Assembly (NCBI GenBank): GCA_963729535.1
Contig: CAVSOL010000017.1
Span: 233,456 to 297,455 of the forward strand
Length of the DNA: 64,000 nt
Reading direction: 5' to 3'
DNA from: an uncultured Pseudomonadota bacterium
GTDB lineage: Bacteria > Myxococcota_A > Polyangia > Fen-1088
A program made the translations under genes and the position numbers. Below, piece by piece: positions 32,089 through 40,979 of the stretch. How positions within the stretch are numbered: the stretch's first letter is position 1; the number at the start of each line of letters is the position of its first letter. Below the pieces are notes generated by a model. That model was given only the letters and a program-made list of their open reading frames with translations. It made no database searches and was not told the DNA's origin.

Positions 32089-34400
32089 AGCTGCGGGCGC
32101 TGACGCCGAAGGCACGCCTGCGCCTGCGCCGGGCGGCCATCACCGCCGGCGTGGCGCTGGTCGCGCCGATCGCGGCGTGGTGGCTGGCCGTGCACCTGGT
32201 CAGCTTCCCGCGCGCGCGGCTGGAACCGCGGCACGCGGCGTCGCTGACCGTGCTGGACGCCAGCGGGAACGTGCTACGCCAGGACGCGACCACGGCGGGT
32301 GGGCGCGAGACGTGGGTGCCGCTGCCACGCATCGCGAACCACCTGGTCGCCGCGACCATCGCGTCGGAGGATCGGCGGTTCTGGCAGCACGCGGGCGTCG
32401 ACCCGGTCGGCGTGGCACGCGCCGCCTGGCTGGATCTGCTGCGCGGGAGGATGGCGTTCGGCGGCTCGACGCTGACGATGCAGCTCGCGCGCCTCGTCGA
32501 GCCGCGGCCGCGCAACCTGTGGGGGAAGTTCAAGGAGGCGGTGATCGCGGGGCGCATCGAGCGCGCGTTCGACAAGCGCGAGATCCTCGAGCAGTACCTG
32601 AACCGCGTTTACTACGGCAACGGCACGTGGGGCGCCGAGGCCGCCGCGCGGTTCTATTTCGGCAAGCCGGCGGCGGCGCTCTCGCTGGGGGAGGGCGCGT
32701 TCCTGGCCGTGCTGCCGCGCGGTCCCCAGGTCTACGATCCGTTCCGCCACCTGGACGCCGCGGTTCGCCGACGCCGGCACATCCTGGGGCTGATGGCGGA
32801 CGCGGGGCTTGTGTCGCCCGCGGACCGCGAGCTGGCGGAGCGGACGCCGCTGGTGTTCCGGCGCGAGCACCCGGATCTGCGCGCGCCCCACTTCGTCGAG
32901 CACGTGCTGGCGCAGCTGACCCCATCCGATGAGGCCGGCGTCACCGTCGAGACGACGCTGGACTGGCCGCTGCAGAACCGCGTCGAGATCGCCGTGCGCG
33001 ATCACCTGGAGACCGTCGGCGGCCGCGGCATCTCGCAGGCGGGGCTGGTCGTCATCCGCAACAGCGACGGCGCGGTGCTGGCGATGGTCGGCTCGCGCGA
33101 CTACTTCGACACGCGGCGCGCGGGCGCCGTCAACGTCACCACCATCCTGCGGCGGCCGGGCTCGACGCTGAAACCGTTCGTCTACGCGCTGGCGCTGGAG
33201 GCGGGCGATTCGCCGGCGACGCTGGCCTACGACGTCGTGCTGCCGGGCGAGACGCGCGAGACGTACACGCACGAGGTCAAGCAGCACGGCCTGGGCCGTT
33301 ACCGCGAATCGCTCGCCGGCTCGTACAACCTGGCGGCGGTGCACACGCTGGCGCGGGTCGGGCCGGCGTCGCTGGTCGAGCGCCTGAGCCGCGCCGGCAT
33401 GACGACGTTCACCGACCCGCCCGAAAGTTATCCGCTGTCGCTGGCGATCGGCGAAGCCGAGTTCCGCATCATCGAATACGCGGGCGCGTTCGCGGCGTTC
33501 GGCAACGGCGGCCGCGCCGTCGTCCCACGCGCGATCACGCGCGTGCGCGTACCTGGCGGCCAGACGTATGCGCCGCGAGCCGCGGCCGAGCCGCCGCGCG
33601 TGTTCTCGCCGGAGGTCGCGTACCTGGTGTTCGACATGCTGGCCGATCCCGACGCGCGCCGGCCGATGTTCGGCAGCGGCGCGCCCATGGTCCTCGACTT
33701 CCCGGTGGCGCTGAAGACCGGGACGACGCGCGCCTACACCGACGATCTGGCGTTCGGCACGACCGCCGAATACACGGTCGGCGCCTGGGCCGGCAACTTC
33801 GACGGCAGCCCGACGGCCGGCGTGATGGCCATGCAGGGGGCGGCGCCGATGGTGCGCGCGGCGTTCGTCGCGCTGGCGGCGCGCTTCGGCACGCCCACCG
33901 CGCCCGCGCGCCCCGACTCGCTGGAGCGCGGCGAGGTGTGTGCGCTGTCGGGGATGCGGCCCGGCCCCGACTGCCCACACAAACACGAGAGCTTCGCGCC
34001 CGGCACGCGGCCACGCACGTTGTGCACGTGGCACCGCCGGATGTGCGGGCGGCGCGAGGTGGTGTGGCCGCCGGAGGTCGCAGGCTGGGCGCGCGCGCAC
34101 GGGCTGATGCCGCCGCCCGCGTCCGACTGCCCGCAAGCTGCCGGCGGCGCAGCCGGCGCGGCGTCGGGCGGGCTCGCGATCGTCTACCCGGCGGACGGCG
34201 CGCGCTTCCTGCTCGATCCCGAGCGGTCGCCCGCGCTGCAGCGGCCGCCCCTGCGCGCGATGCCGGCGGGCGGCCTCGTGCGCTGGACGATCGACGGTGT
34301 CCCTGTCGATCGCTGGCTGCCCGCGCCCGGGACCTACGTGGTCAAGGCCAAGGCAGTGATGGGCGGCGCCGAACGGGCGATCTCGATCTCGTTCGAGTGA
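32085..34400 (+). CDS. pbpC: Penicillin-binding protein 1C (bifunctional transglycosylase/transpeptidase)
   Basis: GTG overlaps the A2M stop (GTGA). Transglycosylase motifs: EDRRFWQHAGVD, GGSTLTMQL. Transpeptidase motifs: STLK, SYN, KTGTT. Confidence 0.95.
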   Translation: MKLRALTPKARLRLRRAAITAGVALVAPIAAWWLAVHLVSFPRARLEPRHAASLTVLDASGNVLRQDATTAGGRETWVPLPRIANHLVAATIASEDRRFWQHAGVDPVGVARAAWLDLLRGRMAFGGSTLTMQLARLVEPRPRNLWGKFKEAVIAGRIERAFDKREILEQYLNRVYYGNGTWGAEAAARFYFGKPAAALSLGEGAFLAVLPRGPQVYDPFRHLDAAVRRRRHILGLMADAGLVSPADRELAERTPLVFRREHPDLRAPHFVEHVLAQLTPSDEAGVTVETTLDWPLQNRVEIAVRDHLETVGGRGISQAGLVVIRNSDGAVLAMVGSRDYFDTRRAGAVNVTTILRRPGSTLKPFVYALALEAGDSPATLAYDVVLPGETRETYTHEVKQHGLGRYRESLAGSYNLAAVHTLARVGPASLVERLSRAGMTTFTDPPESYPLSLAIGEAEFRIIEYAGAFAAFGNGGRAVVPRAITRVRVPGGQTYAPRAAAEPPRVFSPEVAYLVFDMLADPDARRPMFGSGAPMVLDFPVALKTGTTRAYTDDLAFGTTAEYTVGAWAGNFDGSPTAGVMAMQGAAPMVRAAFVALAARFGTPTAPARPDSLERGEVCALSGMRPGPDCPHKHESFAPGTRPRTLCTWHRRMCGRREVVWPPEVAGWARAHGLMPPPASDCPQAAGGAAGAASGGLAIVYPADGARFLLDPERSPALQRPPLRAMPAGGLVRWTIDGVPVDRWLPAPGTYVVKAKAVMGGAERAISISFE

Positions 34401-34416
34401 CGGCCGCCGCCCGCGC

Positions 34417-35046
34417 TCAGAAGCTGCCGCGCAGGCCGAACGAGGTGCCGTTGGGGCCGGCGGTCACGTTCGGCGACAGGAACGACAGCCGCGACGATGT
34501 CGCGGCCGGACGCTCCCTGGTCTCGGTCGACAGGACCGCCATGTCGAACACGCTGGCTACCACGGTGCCGATCAACGCCCCCACCGCCATCTCGCTGAGA
34601 CCGCACAGGAACTGGTCGCTCCGCGCCGAGCAATTGGCGACCTGGGCGCCGACGATCGCACCGGCGATGGGAAACGCCAGCCGTGCGCCGACGCTCGCGA
34701 GCGCGTGCATGGGCCGCCCGTGCGTCAGGTGAACGGTGGGCGCCGCGATGAAGTAGGGGATGATGCAGGCATCCGCGTTCGAGAACGACACGCAGGCCGC
34801 GGTCCCGAGGATCCCGGCGGCGTCGGCGGCCAATACCTGCCAGCCGTACCAGTGTTCCTCCTTGTCGCGCTCCGGGGCGACATCCGGCGTCGTGATCGGG
34901 GAGACAACCGCGGCCCGAGCCGGGGACGCGACCGGGGAGACGACCGGGACCTCGTCGTCGTCCGCGGCGCGCGCGGTCGAGGCGGCGGCCAGTACCCCGG
35001 TCAGGATGGCGGCGATCATCGTCGGCGTTCGCGTCAGGCGCAGCAT
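34417..35046 (-). CDS. Hypothetical secreted/membrane protein
   Basis: Signal MLRLTRTPTMIAAILTGVLAAASTARA, Gly/Ala-rich hydrophobic segments and a C-terminal ..GLRGSF. Confidence 0.5.
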   Translation of the reverse strand: MLRLTRTPTMIAAILTGVLAAASTARAADDDEVPVVSPVASPARAAVVSPITTPDVAPERDKEEHWYGWQVLAADAAGILGTAACVSFSNADACIIPYFIAAPTVHLTHGRPMHALASVGARLAFPIAGAIVGAQVANCSARSDQFLCGLSEMAVGALIGTVVASVFDMAVLSTETRERPAATSSRLSFLSPNVTAGPNGTSFGLRGSF

Positions 35047-35117
35047 GCACCAGTCAAAGAGCACGGCGCGTGCCACGCCGGATCGCCGCGAGATGCGGCC
35101 CCACGGGTGTCAGGTCT

Positions 35118-36017
35118 TCAACGGTCTTGCCGCGCGGTGACGGAATCGTGCCAGGCCGCCAGGCGGGGATAGAAGGGGCGCAGCAGCTCCCACCCGGTTC
35201 GCGCACGCGCGGCCGCCAGCAGCGGCGCCGCCGACGCGCGCTGGCCGGAGCGCTCGTACGCCCACGCCACCAGCAGCAGGAGGGGGAGGGCGCTGGGCAG
35301 CGCCAGCGCGACGTCGGCGCGTTCGCGCAGCACCACCGGCTCAAACCGGGATTGGTCCTCGCCGAACGCGACGTAGAGCTCGGTGCTGGCCCGCAGCGCG
35401 CGCAGGTAGTCCCCCTCCAGCGTTCGCGTGATGGCGTCGAAGCGCCGCCGTGCGTCCGCGACACGGTTCAAGTTCACCAGCGTGACCACCATGCTGTAGT
35501 CGACCGCGCGCAGCTGCCAGCGCGCGGCCTGTGGGTCGCCTGCCGCGGTCTCCAGCGCGGTCTCGAGCAGCGCGAGCGCCTCCGGGTAGCGGCCGCGCAG
35601 CGACGCGATGCGCCCGAGATCCTGTAGCGCCCGGCTGCGGATCGACGCCGACGCCGAACGGCCGTACGCCAGGCGTCGCAACACGGGCTCGGCCTCGGCG
35701 GTGCGGCCGGCCGCCAGCCAGCCGACGGCGCGCCGCAGCCGGAACCACGGCACCGCCTGTCGTCCCATGAGCACGGTCAGCACCGCGCCGATGGCCAGCC
35801 CCGGCGGCCCCAGCGATGAGTACAGCAGCCAGTTCAACGCGCCCCATGTGACAGCGGCGGTCGACGCGTAGGCGACGCCGACCTTGCGATAGTGCGTCGG
35901 CGAACGCACCTGACCGCGTTCGTCGACATAGACCATCGCGCCCGCGGACGCGTCTTCGAAGCGCTCAGCGACCTGGCCCGCGCCCGCGCCGCGCTCAGCT
36001 TCGCCGTCGTCCGCCAC
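35118..36017 (-). CDS. Hypothetical membrane protein with TPR-like helical repeats
   Basis: 299-aa ORF with two TM helices (AVTWGALNWLLYSSL, LAIGAVLTVLMG) followed by a helical repeat region. Confidence 0.5.
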   Translation of the reverse strand: MADDGEAERGAGAGQVAERFEDASAGAMVYVDERGQVRSPTHYRKVGVAYASTAAVTWGALNWLLYSSLGPPGLAIGAVLTVLMGRQAVPWFRLRRAVGWLAAGRTAEAEPVLRRLAYGRSASASIRSRALQDLGRIASLRGRYPEALALLETALETAAGDPQAARWQLRAVDYSMVVTLVNLNRVADARRRFDAITRTLEGDYLRALRASTELYVAFGEDQSRFEPVVLRERADVALALPSALPLLLLVAWAYERSGQRASAAPLLAAARARTGWELLRPFYPRLAAWHDSVTARQDR

Positions 36018-36026
36018 GCAGCAAAG

Positions 36027-36998
36027 CTAGCGCACGCGGCGCGCGACGTCCGCGATGATGGGTCGGTGGTCCGAACCCAGGCCCACGCCCAGCGTCGCGC
36101 GCAGCACGTTCAGGTCGGGTGACACGAAGACGTGGTCCAGGCGCATCGGCGGCAGCCTGAACATGCCGTTCGGCCAGGTGAAGCCGAAGCCGCTGCCGGC
36201 CGCCTCCCAGGCGTCGTCGCTGAGGCCGCGCATGCGGGCGGCGAAGATGGAATCGGGGGTCGAGTTGAAATCGCCGGCGACGATGAAGCTCTTGCCGCCC
36301 AGACGCTGAACGATGTTCACCAGCTCGTCGGCGCCTTGCCGGTAATACGGCACGTAGTCCAGTGAGCGCGGCGGCAGCAGGTGCACGTTGAGCAGCTCGA
36401 CGTCGCGGTCGTCGACGCGCAGCACGCCGCGCATCTGCGGCAGCTCCGCGCTCCAGAACACCTGGAGGTCGCGGACCGGAAATCGCGACGCGATCGCCGT
36501 CCCGAACGAATCCTCCGACGTCAGCCGCTTGTTGAAGGGGTAGCGGCTCCAGAAGCCACGGCGTTCGAGCTCGTCGTCCCAGTGCGGCGACAGCTCCTGC
36601 AGAAAGTAGACGTCGGCATCCAGGCGATCGAGCTCGTCGGCCAGCCGCGCGGGGGCGTCGTGGACCATGAGCAGGTTGGCGCTGACCACGCGCAGCCGGC
36701 GTCCCGTGGTCGCGGCCGCCGCGCGCGGCAACAACGGCGCGATCGTCCAGTAGCCGTGCAGCGCGGCGACCACGCACGCCAGCGCGGCCAGCCGCTTCCG
36801 GCGCGCCACCACCGCCGCCGCCGCGACGGGCCAGGCGGGCAGGTACAGGTAAGGCGTCAGGCCGTTGCCGAGCATGAACAGCCACAGCCCGTCGTGCCAG
36901 ACCAGCCGCATGGCGGCGAAGCTGGCGAGCACGGCCGTGATCACCCAGGCGGCGCCCCAGAGCGCGCGGCGGACGCCGACAGGCAACGCCGGTTTCAC
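36027..36998 (-). CDS. Endonuclease/exonuclease/phosphatase (EEP) family protein with an N-terminal membrane anchor
   Basis: EEP motifs: VVSANLL, YFLQEL, IVAGDFNSTP, GSDHRP. Three N-terminal hydrophobic helices. Confidence 0.85.
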   Translation of the reverse strand: MKPALPVGVRRALWGAAWVITAVLASFAAMRLVWHDGLWLFMLGNGLTPYLYLPAWPVAAAAVVARRKRLAALACVVAALHGYWTIAPLLPRAAAATTGRRLRVVSANLLMVHDAPARLADELDRLDADVYFLQELSPHWDDELERRGFWSRYPFNKRLTSEDSFGTAIASRFPVRDLQVFWSAELPQMRGVLRVDDRDVELLNVHLLPPRSLDYVPYYRQGADELVNIVQRLGGKSFIVAGDFNSTPDSIFAARMRGLSDDAWEAAGSGFGFTWPNGMFRLPPMRLDHVFVSPDLNVLRATLGVGLGSDHRPIIADVARRVR

Positions 36999-37128
36999 CT
37001 GCCGACGATTGTACCCGTGGCGGCGCGCGCGCGTGCCGAATTGGCAGGCGCCGACGCGCCCGGGCGAAGATCGCGGCGGATCTGCGCCGTCGCTGCGCCG
37101 GGCCCGGTCCTTGCTCCTTGCTGGCTGG

Positions 37129-37564
37129 ATGTGGAAAACGGTCGCGTTCGTGGTCGCGCTGGCTGGTGGCAGCGCCCGCGCGGGGCGTCGCGGCGCCCGA
37201 CGAGGGGGCCGTCACGTCATGCCGGAGGATGCCGCCCGGCAAGCGGCTGAAGCTGAACCTCAAACCCAACACCGAGCTCGGCGATCTGATCGCGTGGATC
37301 GCGGCGATCACCTGCAAGCAGTTCGTGCTGCCGGGGACGATCGCCTCCGCCGGCAAGACCGTCACGATCATCGCGCCGCAACCGCTGACGTCGGCGGAGG
37401 CCTACCAGCTATTCCTGCAGGCGCTCGACTCGGTCGGGCTGACGGTCTATCAGTCGGGGCGGTTCATGCGCGTCATCGAGACGGCGAAAGCGAAGGCGTC
37501 TCCGATCCCGATCTTCATCGACGCCGACGTCGACGTGGGCCGCGACGTAGACCAACGCCGCTGA
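37129..37564 (+). CDS. Orphan secretin N0-domain protein (GspD/PilQ N-terminal fragment only). One frame change near 37180.
   Basis: Signal MWKTVAFVVALAGGSARA, then LKLNLKPNTELGDLIAWIAAITCKQFVLPGTIASAGKTVTIIAPQPLTSAEAYQLFLQALDSVGLTVYQSGRFMRVIETAKAK, which matches the T2SS secretin N0 pattern. No N1-N3 or secretin domain follows. Confidence 0.55.
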
Positions 37565-37566
37565 CG

Positions 37567-37968
37567 TCAGCGCCGGCGGCGCGTCGCGATCAGCGCCAGC
37601 AGGCAGACGCCGCCGAACAGCAGTACCATGCGCCAGAACAGTGGATCCGCCGGGCGAACGAAGTAGCGCGCGAGCCCGCGGCCCAGCGCCGGCGCCGCGA
37701 TCAGCGTCAGCAGCACCTGGCGGCCGGCGTGATAGCGGATGCCGCCGAGGCGCTCGGCGATGAACTCCACCGTCACGGGCAGCGGCAGCAGATACAGCAG
37801 CGTCGTGTCCCAGCGGGCGGGCCAGTGCAGGCCGACGAGCGACAGCGCCGCGGTCACGGCCGCGGCGGTATACAGCACGACGCAGCGCCGGCAGACGTGG
37901 AAGCGTCCGACACGGAAGCAGCGCGCGTACTGGCTCGGGGGGTGGTGCGCCAGCCACAGTGCGTTCAT
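37567..37968 (-). CDS. Small polytopic membrane protein, DUF2085-like (tentative)
   Basis: 133-aa ORF with CFRVGRFHVCRRCVVLY and three or four TM helices. Confidence 0.45.
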   Translation of the reverse strand: MNALWLAHHPPSQYARCFRVGRFHVCRRCVVLYTAAAVTAALSLVGLHWPARWDTTLLYLLPLPVTVEFIAERLGGIRYHAGRQVLLTLIAAPALGRGLARYFVRPADPLFWRMVLLFGGVCLLALIATRRRR

Positions 37969-37983
37969 CGGCTCGCATCATTG

Positions 37984-37998
37984 TGGCACACGGCCGGC
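37984..37998 (+). promoter_or_regulatory. Candidate sigma-54 promoter
   Basis: TGGCACacggcCGGC has a perfect -24 hexamer and a -12 GC at the correct spacing, but GGC replaces TGC. It lies in the divergent intergenic region, about 35 nt upstream of the 38025/38034 start. Confidence 0.25.
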
Positions 37999-38033
37999 GC
38001 GGCGATTGCACTTCCCGCGTAGCATGAAGCTCG

Positions 38034-38564
38034 TTGATACGCAGGGCGTTCGCGGTTGTCGTTGGAAGCGTGACTTTGCTTGTGCTCGCGGCAGGCGCAC
38101 ATGCGCAAACGGCGCACACCGAGCGCCGCGTGCGCATCGCCGACGTGGGCCTTCGCCCGCTGGTGTCGTTTCCGGACGCGCTCGGCGTCACCGCCGAGGT
38201 GCATCCATTCGGCGGCAATCTGGCGCTCGAGGGCGGCGTCGGCATGTCGCCCTACGTCGCCTTTACCTGGACAGCTGCCGTGAAATATCGCTTCGTCGTC
38301 TACACCGGCGAGCAGCTCCAGTTTTCGGTCGGCCCCGGCGTCGGATCGCACTGGCTGTTCGAGCGCGGACAGCCGATCGACGGCCACCTGCTGAGCGGCT
38401 TCGTCACGGCCGAGGCAGTGTGGTGGAAAGACAACTTCGGCTTTCGTCTGGCACTGGACGCGGGCGTCATGCACCCGATCTACGACGCGCCCACTGGGGC
38501 CAATCTGGCCACGTCCCCGATGTTCAACGGCACCATCGGCATGGCGTTCCGGCTCGGGCGCTAA
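38034..38564 (+). CDS. Hypothetical secreted protein, possibly a small beta-barrel
   Basis: Signal AFAVVVGSVTLLVLAAGAHA, alternating hydrophobic pattern, C-terminal ..GMAFRLGR. The ORF-track start is TTG; ATG at 38025 plus a frame change is an alternative. Confidence 0.5.
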   Translation: MIRRAFAVVVGSVTLLVLAAGAHAQTAHTERRVRIADVGLRPLVSFPDALGVTAEVHPFGGNLALEGGVGMSPYVAFTWTAAVKYRFVVYTGEQLQFSVGPGVGSHWLFERGQPIDGHLLSGFVTAEAVWWKDNFGFRLALDAGVMHPIYDAPTGANLATSPMFNGTIGMAFRLGR

Positions 38565-38573
38565 GCTTCACCG

Positions 38574-38957
38574 GTGCCCGTTCGTACCAAGCGCTGGAAC
38601 GATCCCGCGGACGTGGACGATGGGTTCCGGCTGCTCGTCTGCCGCATCCGCCCGCGCGGCATCGCCAAAACTGATGAGCCCTGGGACGAGTGGTGGCCCG
38701 ATCTCGGCCCCAGCCGCGGCCTGCTCGACGACTTCCACGGCAAGCGCGGCGCCGCCATCACCTGGGACGACTACGTGCCGCGCTACCTCGACGAGATGCG
38801 GGGCGCGGCGCAGCTGTGGCGCATCCGCGACCTCGCGCGCCGCGTGGGGGAGGGGGCCACCGTCACCTTGCTCTGCTCGTCGGCGTGCACCGACCCCGCC
38901 CGCTGCCACCGCACGCTGCTCGCCCGGCTCGTCACTGCGGCGGCAGCGCGACCATGA
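38574..38957 (+). CDS. DUF488-family protein
   Basis: RWNDPADVDDGFRLLVCRIRPRGIAK..WWPDLGPSRGLLDDFHG..VTLLCSS matches the DUF488/YeaO pattern. Confidence 0.7.
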   Translation: MPVRTKRWNDPADVDDGFRLLVCRIRPRGIAKTDEPWDEWWPDLGPSRGLLDDFHGKRGAAITWDDYVPRYLDEMRGAAQLWRIRDLARRVGEGATVTLLCSSACTDPARCHRTLLARLVTAAAARP

Positions 38958-40272
38958 GCACGTTGAGGCACATCTCGTTGCGCGTCCCCCAGCCCGGGAA
39001 CACGGGATCGCGATCGCGCGACGTATCGTATTCGCACGTGACCTCGAGCTGCGTGTCCGCCGTGATCCGCGGCGGCGTCCGGTAGAAATAGAACTCCTGC
39101 CAGTGGAAGTCCCAGTTCTCGATGCGCGACGCGCAGCTCATGCCGCCGGCGGGCCCCATCATCATCGTCTGGCGGACGCCGCGCTCGTGCATGTGCGGCA
39201 TGACGGCCACCAGGTCGACGTACGGGAGGCTGCCCAGGCCGAGGTCGGCGCCGGTTCGCGTCCACGTGTACTTCGTGTTCGCCTGGCCGGACGGTAGCGA
39301 GTCGGGCGTCGCGCTGTCCAGGCTGTCCAGGAACGGATCGGGGAGCAGGAACGCCAGGCCGCGGCTGACCGAGCTCGCGAAGCGCAGGCGCACCGTGGTG
39401 CTGTCGGTCTTGCCCGCGCTCGACGGGTCGACGAGGTTGTAGTGCACCTGCACCACCAGCTTGTCGGTGGTGCTCACGGGGAACCCCATGCCGCTCGGGT
39501 AGTTGACCACGCCCTGGCCGGGCGCCCAGGTCACGGGCACGCCGCTGACGTCGACGCCGTCGCCCGCGGCGCCGAAACACGGCCAGCCCAGACGATCGGG
39601 CGACGCGCCGTCGAGCTCCTGCATGATCGCCGCGTTGGTCCGGCCGCCGGAGCCCATCGCCGTCGGATCGACGGCGAAGACGAGGACGTGGTGGACGATC
39701 GACGGGTCGCCCGGAACCACGTCGTAGCCGGTGAGGAACGCGTTCGACGGGTTCGGCGGGTCGAGCAGGAAGCAGCGGTAGTCGTCGAACTCCGCCAGCG
39801 TCCCGCCCTGCGGGACGGGGGCGAACGTCGGCGTCTCGATGTCGAGCGCGCCCTCCAGCGCCGGCTTGGTCGGCAGCGTCAGCGTGACCTTCGTGCCCTC
39901 GGCCTGCGCACCTTCGACCCACGCGGCGATGGTCGCTTCTCGGCGGCGGTCAGCGTCGCGTCGCGCTTGAAACGACCCGCAGCTGTCGTCGTGGACCATG
40001 AAGTACGGCGGCATCGTGCCTTCGTTGACGCGCGCGAGCTCGGCGGCCGCGTGGGTCTTCGCGTCCGCGTAGTTGTCGAGGCGGAACGGGCCGATGCCCC
40101 CCTCCTGGTGGCAGCGCACGCACTTGGCGTTGTAGATGGGCGCCACGTCCTGCCAGAACGTGACGCCCATGCCTCCATCGCCCGGCGGGTTCGATCCGCC
40201 GCCACCACACGCGGCGGCGGACGTGATCACGATCAACAACACCAACAGCGTCAACGGTCGCTTTGTCTGCAT
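38932..40272 (-). CDS. Copper type II ascorbate-dependent monooxygenase-like (PHM/DBH-like) lipoprotein with an N-terminal CxxCH segment
   Basis: GAGGAG RBS and lipobox ITSAAACG. The N-terminus carries VAPIYNAKCVRCHQEGGIGPFRL. CuH-like residues: SIVHHVLVF and VQVHYN. CuM-like residues: MPHMHERG and RNEMCL. Confidence 0.75.
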   Translation of the reverse strand: MQTKRPLTLLVLLIVITSAAACGGGGSNPPGDGGMGVTFWQDVAPIYNAKCVRCHQEGGIGPFRLDNYADAKTHAAAELARVNEGTMPPYFMVHDDSCGSFQARRDADRRREATIAAWVEGAQAEGTKVTLTLPTKPALEGALDIETPTFAPVPQGGTLAEFDDYRCFLLDPPNPSNAFLTGYDVVPGDPSIVHHVLVFAVDPTAMGSGGRTNAAIMQELDGASPDRLGWPCFGAAGDGVDVSGVPVTWAPGQGVVNYPSGMGFPVSTTDKLVVQVHYNLVDPSSAGKTDSTTVRLRFASSVSRGLAFLLPDPFLDSLDSATPDSLPSGQANTKYTWTRTGADLGLGSLPYVDLVAVMPHMHERGVRQTMMMGPAGGMSCASRIENWDFHWQEFYFYRTPPRITADTQLEVTCEYDTSRDRDPVFPGWGTRNEMCLNVLMVALPPQ

Positions 40273-40355
40273 GTCACTCTCCTCAACACCGGAGGTAATG
40301 ATTCGTGTTACCGCCGCGCGGTTGCCCGCGGTGTTCGAGTGATTGTGCGACTAGC

Positions 40356-40960
40356 TCAAAGGACGAAGTTAACTAGCAGCTTTTCTTCGCCGCGAAGCAG
40401 TTCTTCCGGAAACCGCCAGCGTTTGAGTCGGTTGCTGTAGCAGCGCTTGACGTCTTTCGGCGAGCCGTCCGCGCCCAGGATCTGCACGAAGTCGACGGCG
40501 CCGTCGGATCCGATCTCGAACGCGGCGCCCAGCTTCATCGGCGGGCCGCGATCGGGCTCGGCGAGGCAATCGCGCAGCTCCGGCGCGCGCTTCTCGGCGA
40601 ACGCGCGCAGCGCCTGCGTGCGCGCGCCCTCGTCCATCGGCTTGCTATCCGGCAGCGGCGCCAGCGTCTTCGCCACCGGCTTGCTGCGCTTGCCCGCCGG
40701 CACGGCGGCGTGATGTCGCGCGGGCGCCGGGGCCGGCGCGGGCGCGCACGCGACGGGGGCGAGGGCACGCCGGGCGGCGGCGGCGGCGGCGCGGCCGCCT
40801 GCGCCTGGCGGCCGGCGACGAGGTATCCGGTCAGCCCGCCCGCCGCGAACACCACCAGCGCGAACGCCACCGCGCTGGCGGCGCGCCGCTTGGTCGCCGG
40901 CGCGCCGCCGGGGCGCGCGCCGTTTCTCAGCCAGGGGGGAAGGTCGGACCGGTTGGCCAT
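40356..40960 (-). CDS. Bitopic TonB/AgmX-like protein (TM helix, Pro-rich spacer, TonB-C-like domain). One frame change at the G5 run 40755-40759.
   Basis: MANRSD..KRRAASAVAFALVVFAAGGLTGYLV, then AAAPPPPPPGVPSPPVACAPAPAPAPA, then ELRDCLAE..KLGAAFEIGSDGAVDFVQILG..VKRCYSNRLKRWRFPE. Confidence 0.65.
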
Positions 40961-40979
40961 GTTCGCCGCTCGTGCGCGG

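Noticed and set aside
29614-32115. An 833-aa minus-strand ORF
   Set aside because: It lies antisense to the alpha-2-macroglobulin gene, which carries the thioester motif. It has no motifs of its own.
37984-38010. TGGCAC ... TTGCA as a canonical sigma-54 promoter
   Set aside because: The TTGCA lies 16 nt after the TGGCAC, not 5 nt. Only the weaker CGGC at the correct spacing is kept, as a low-confidence candidate.
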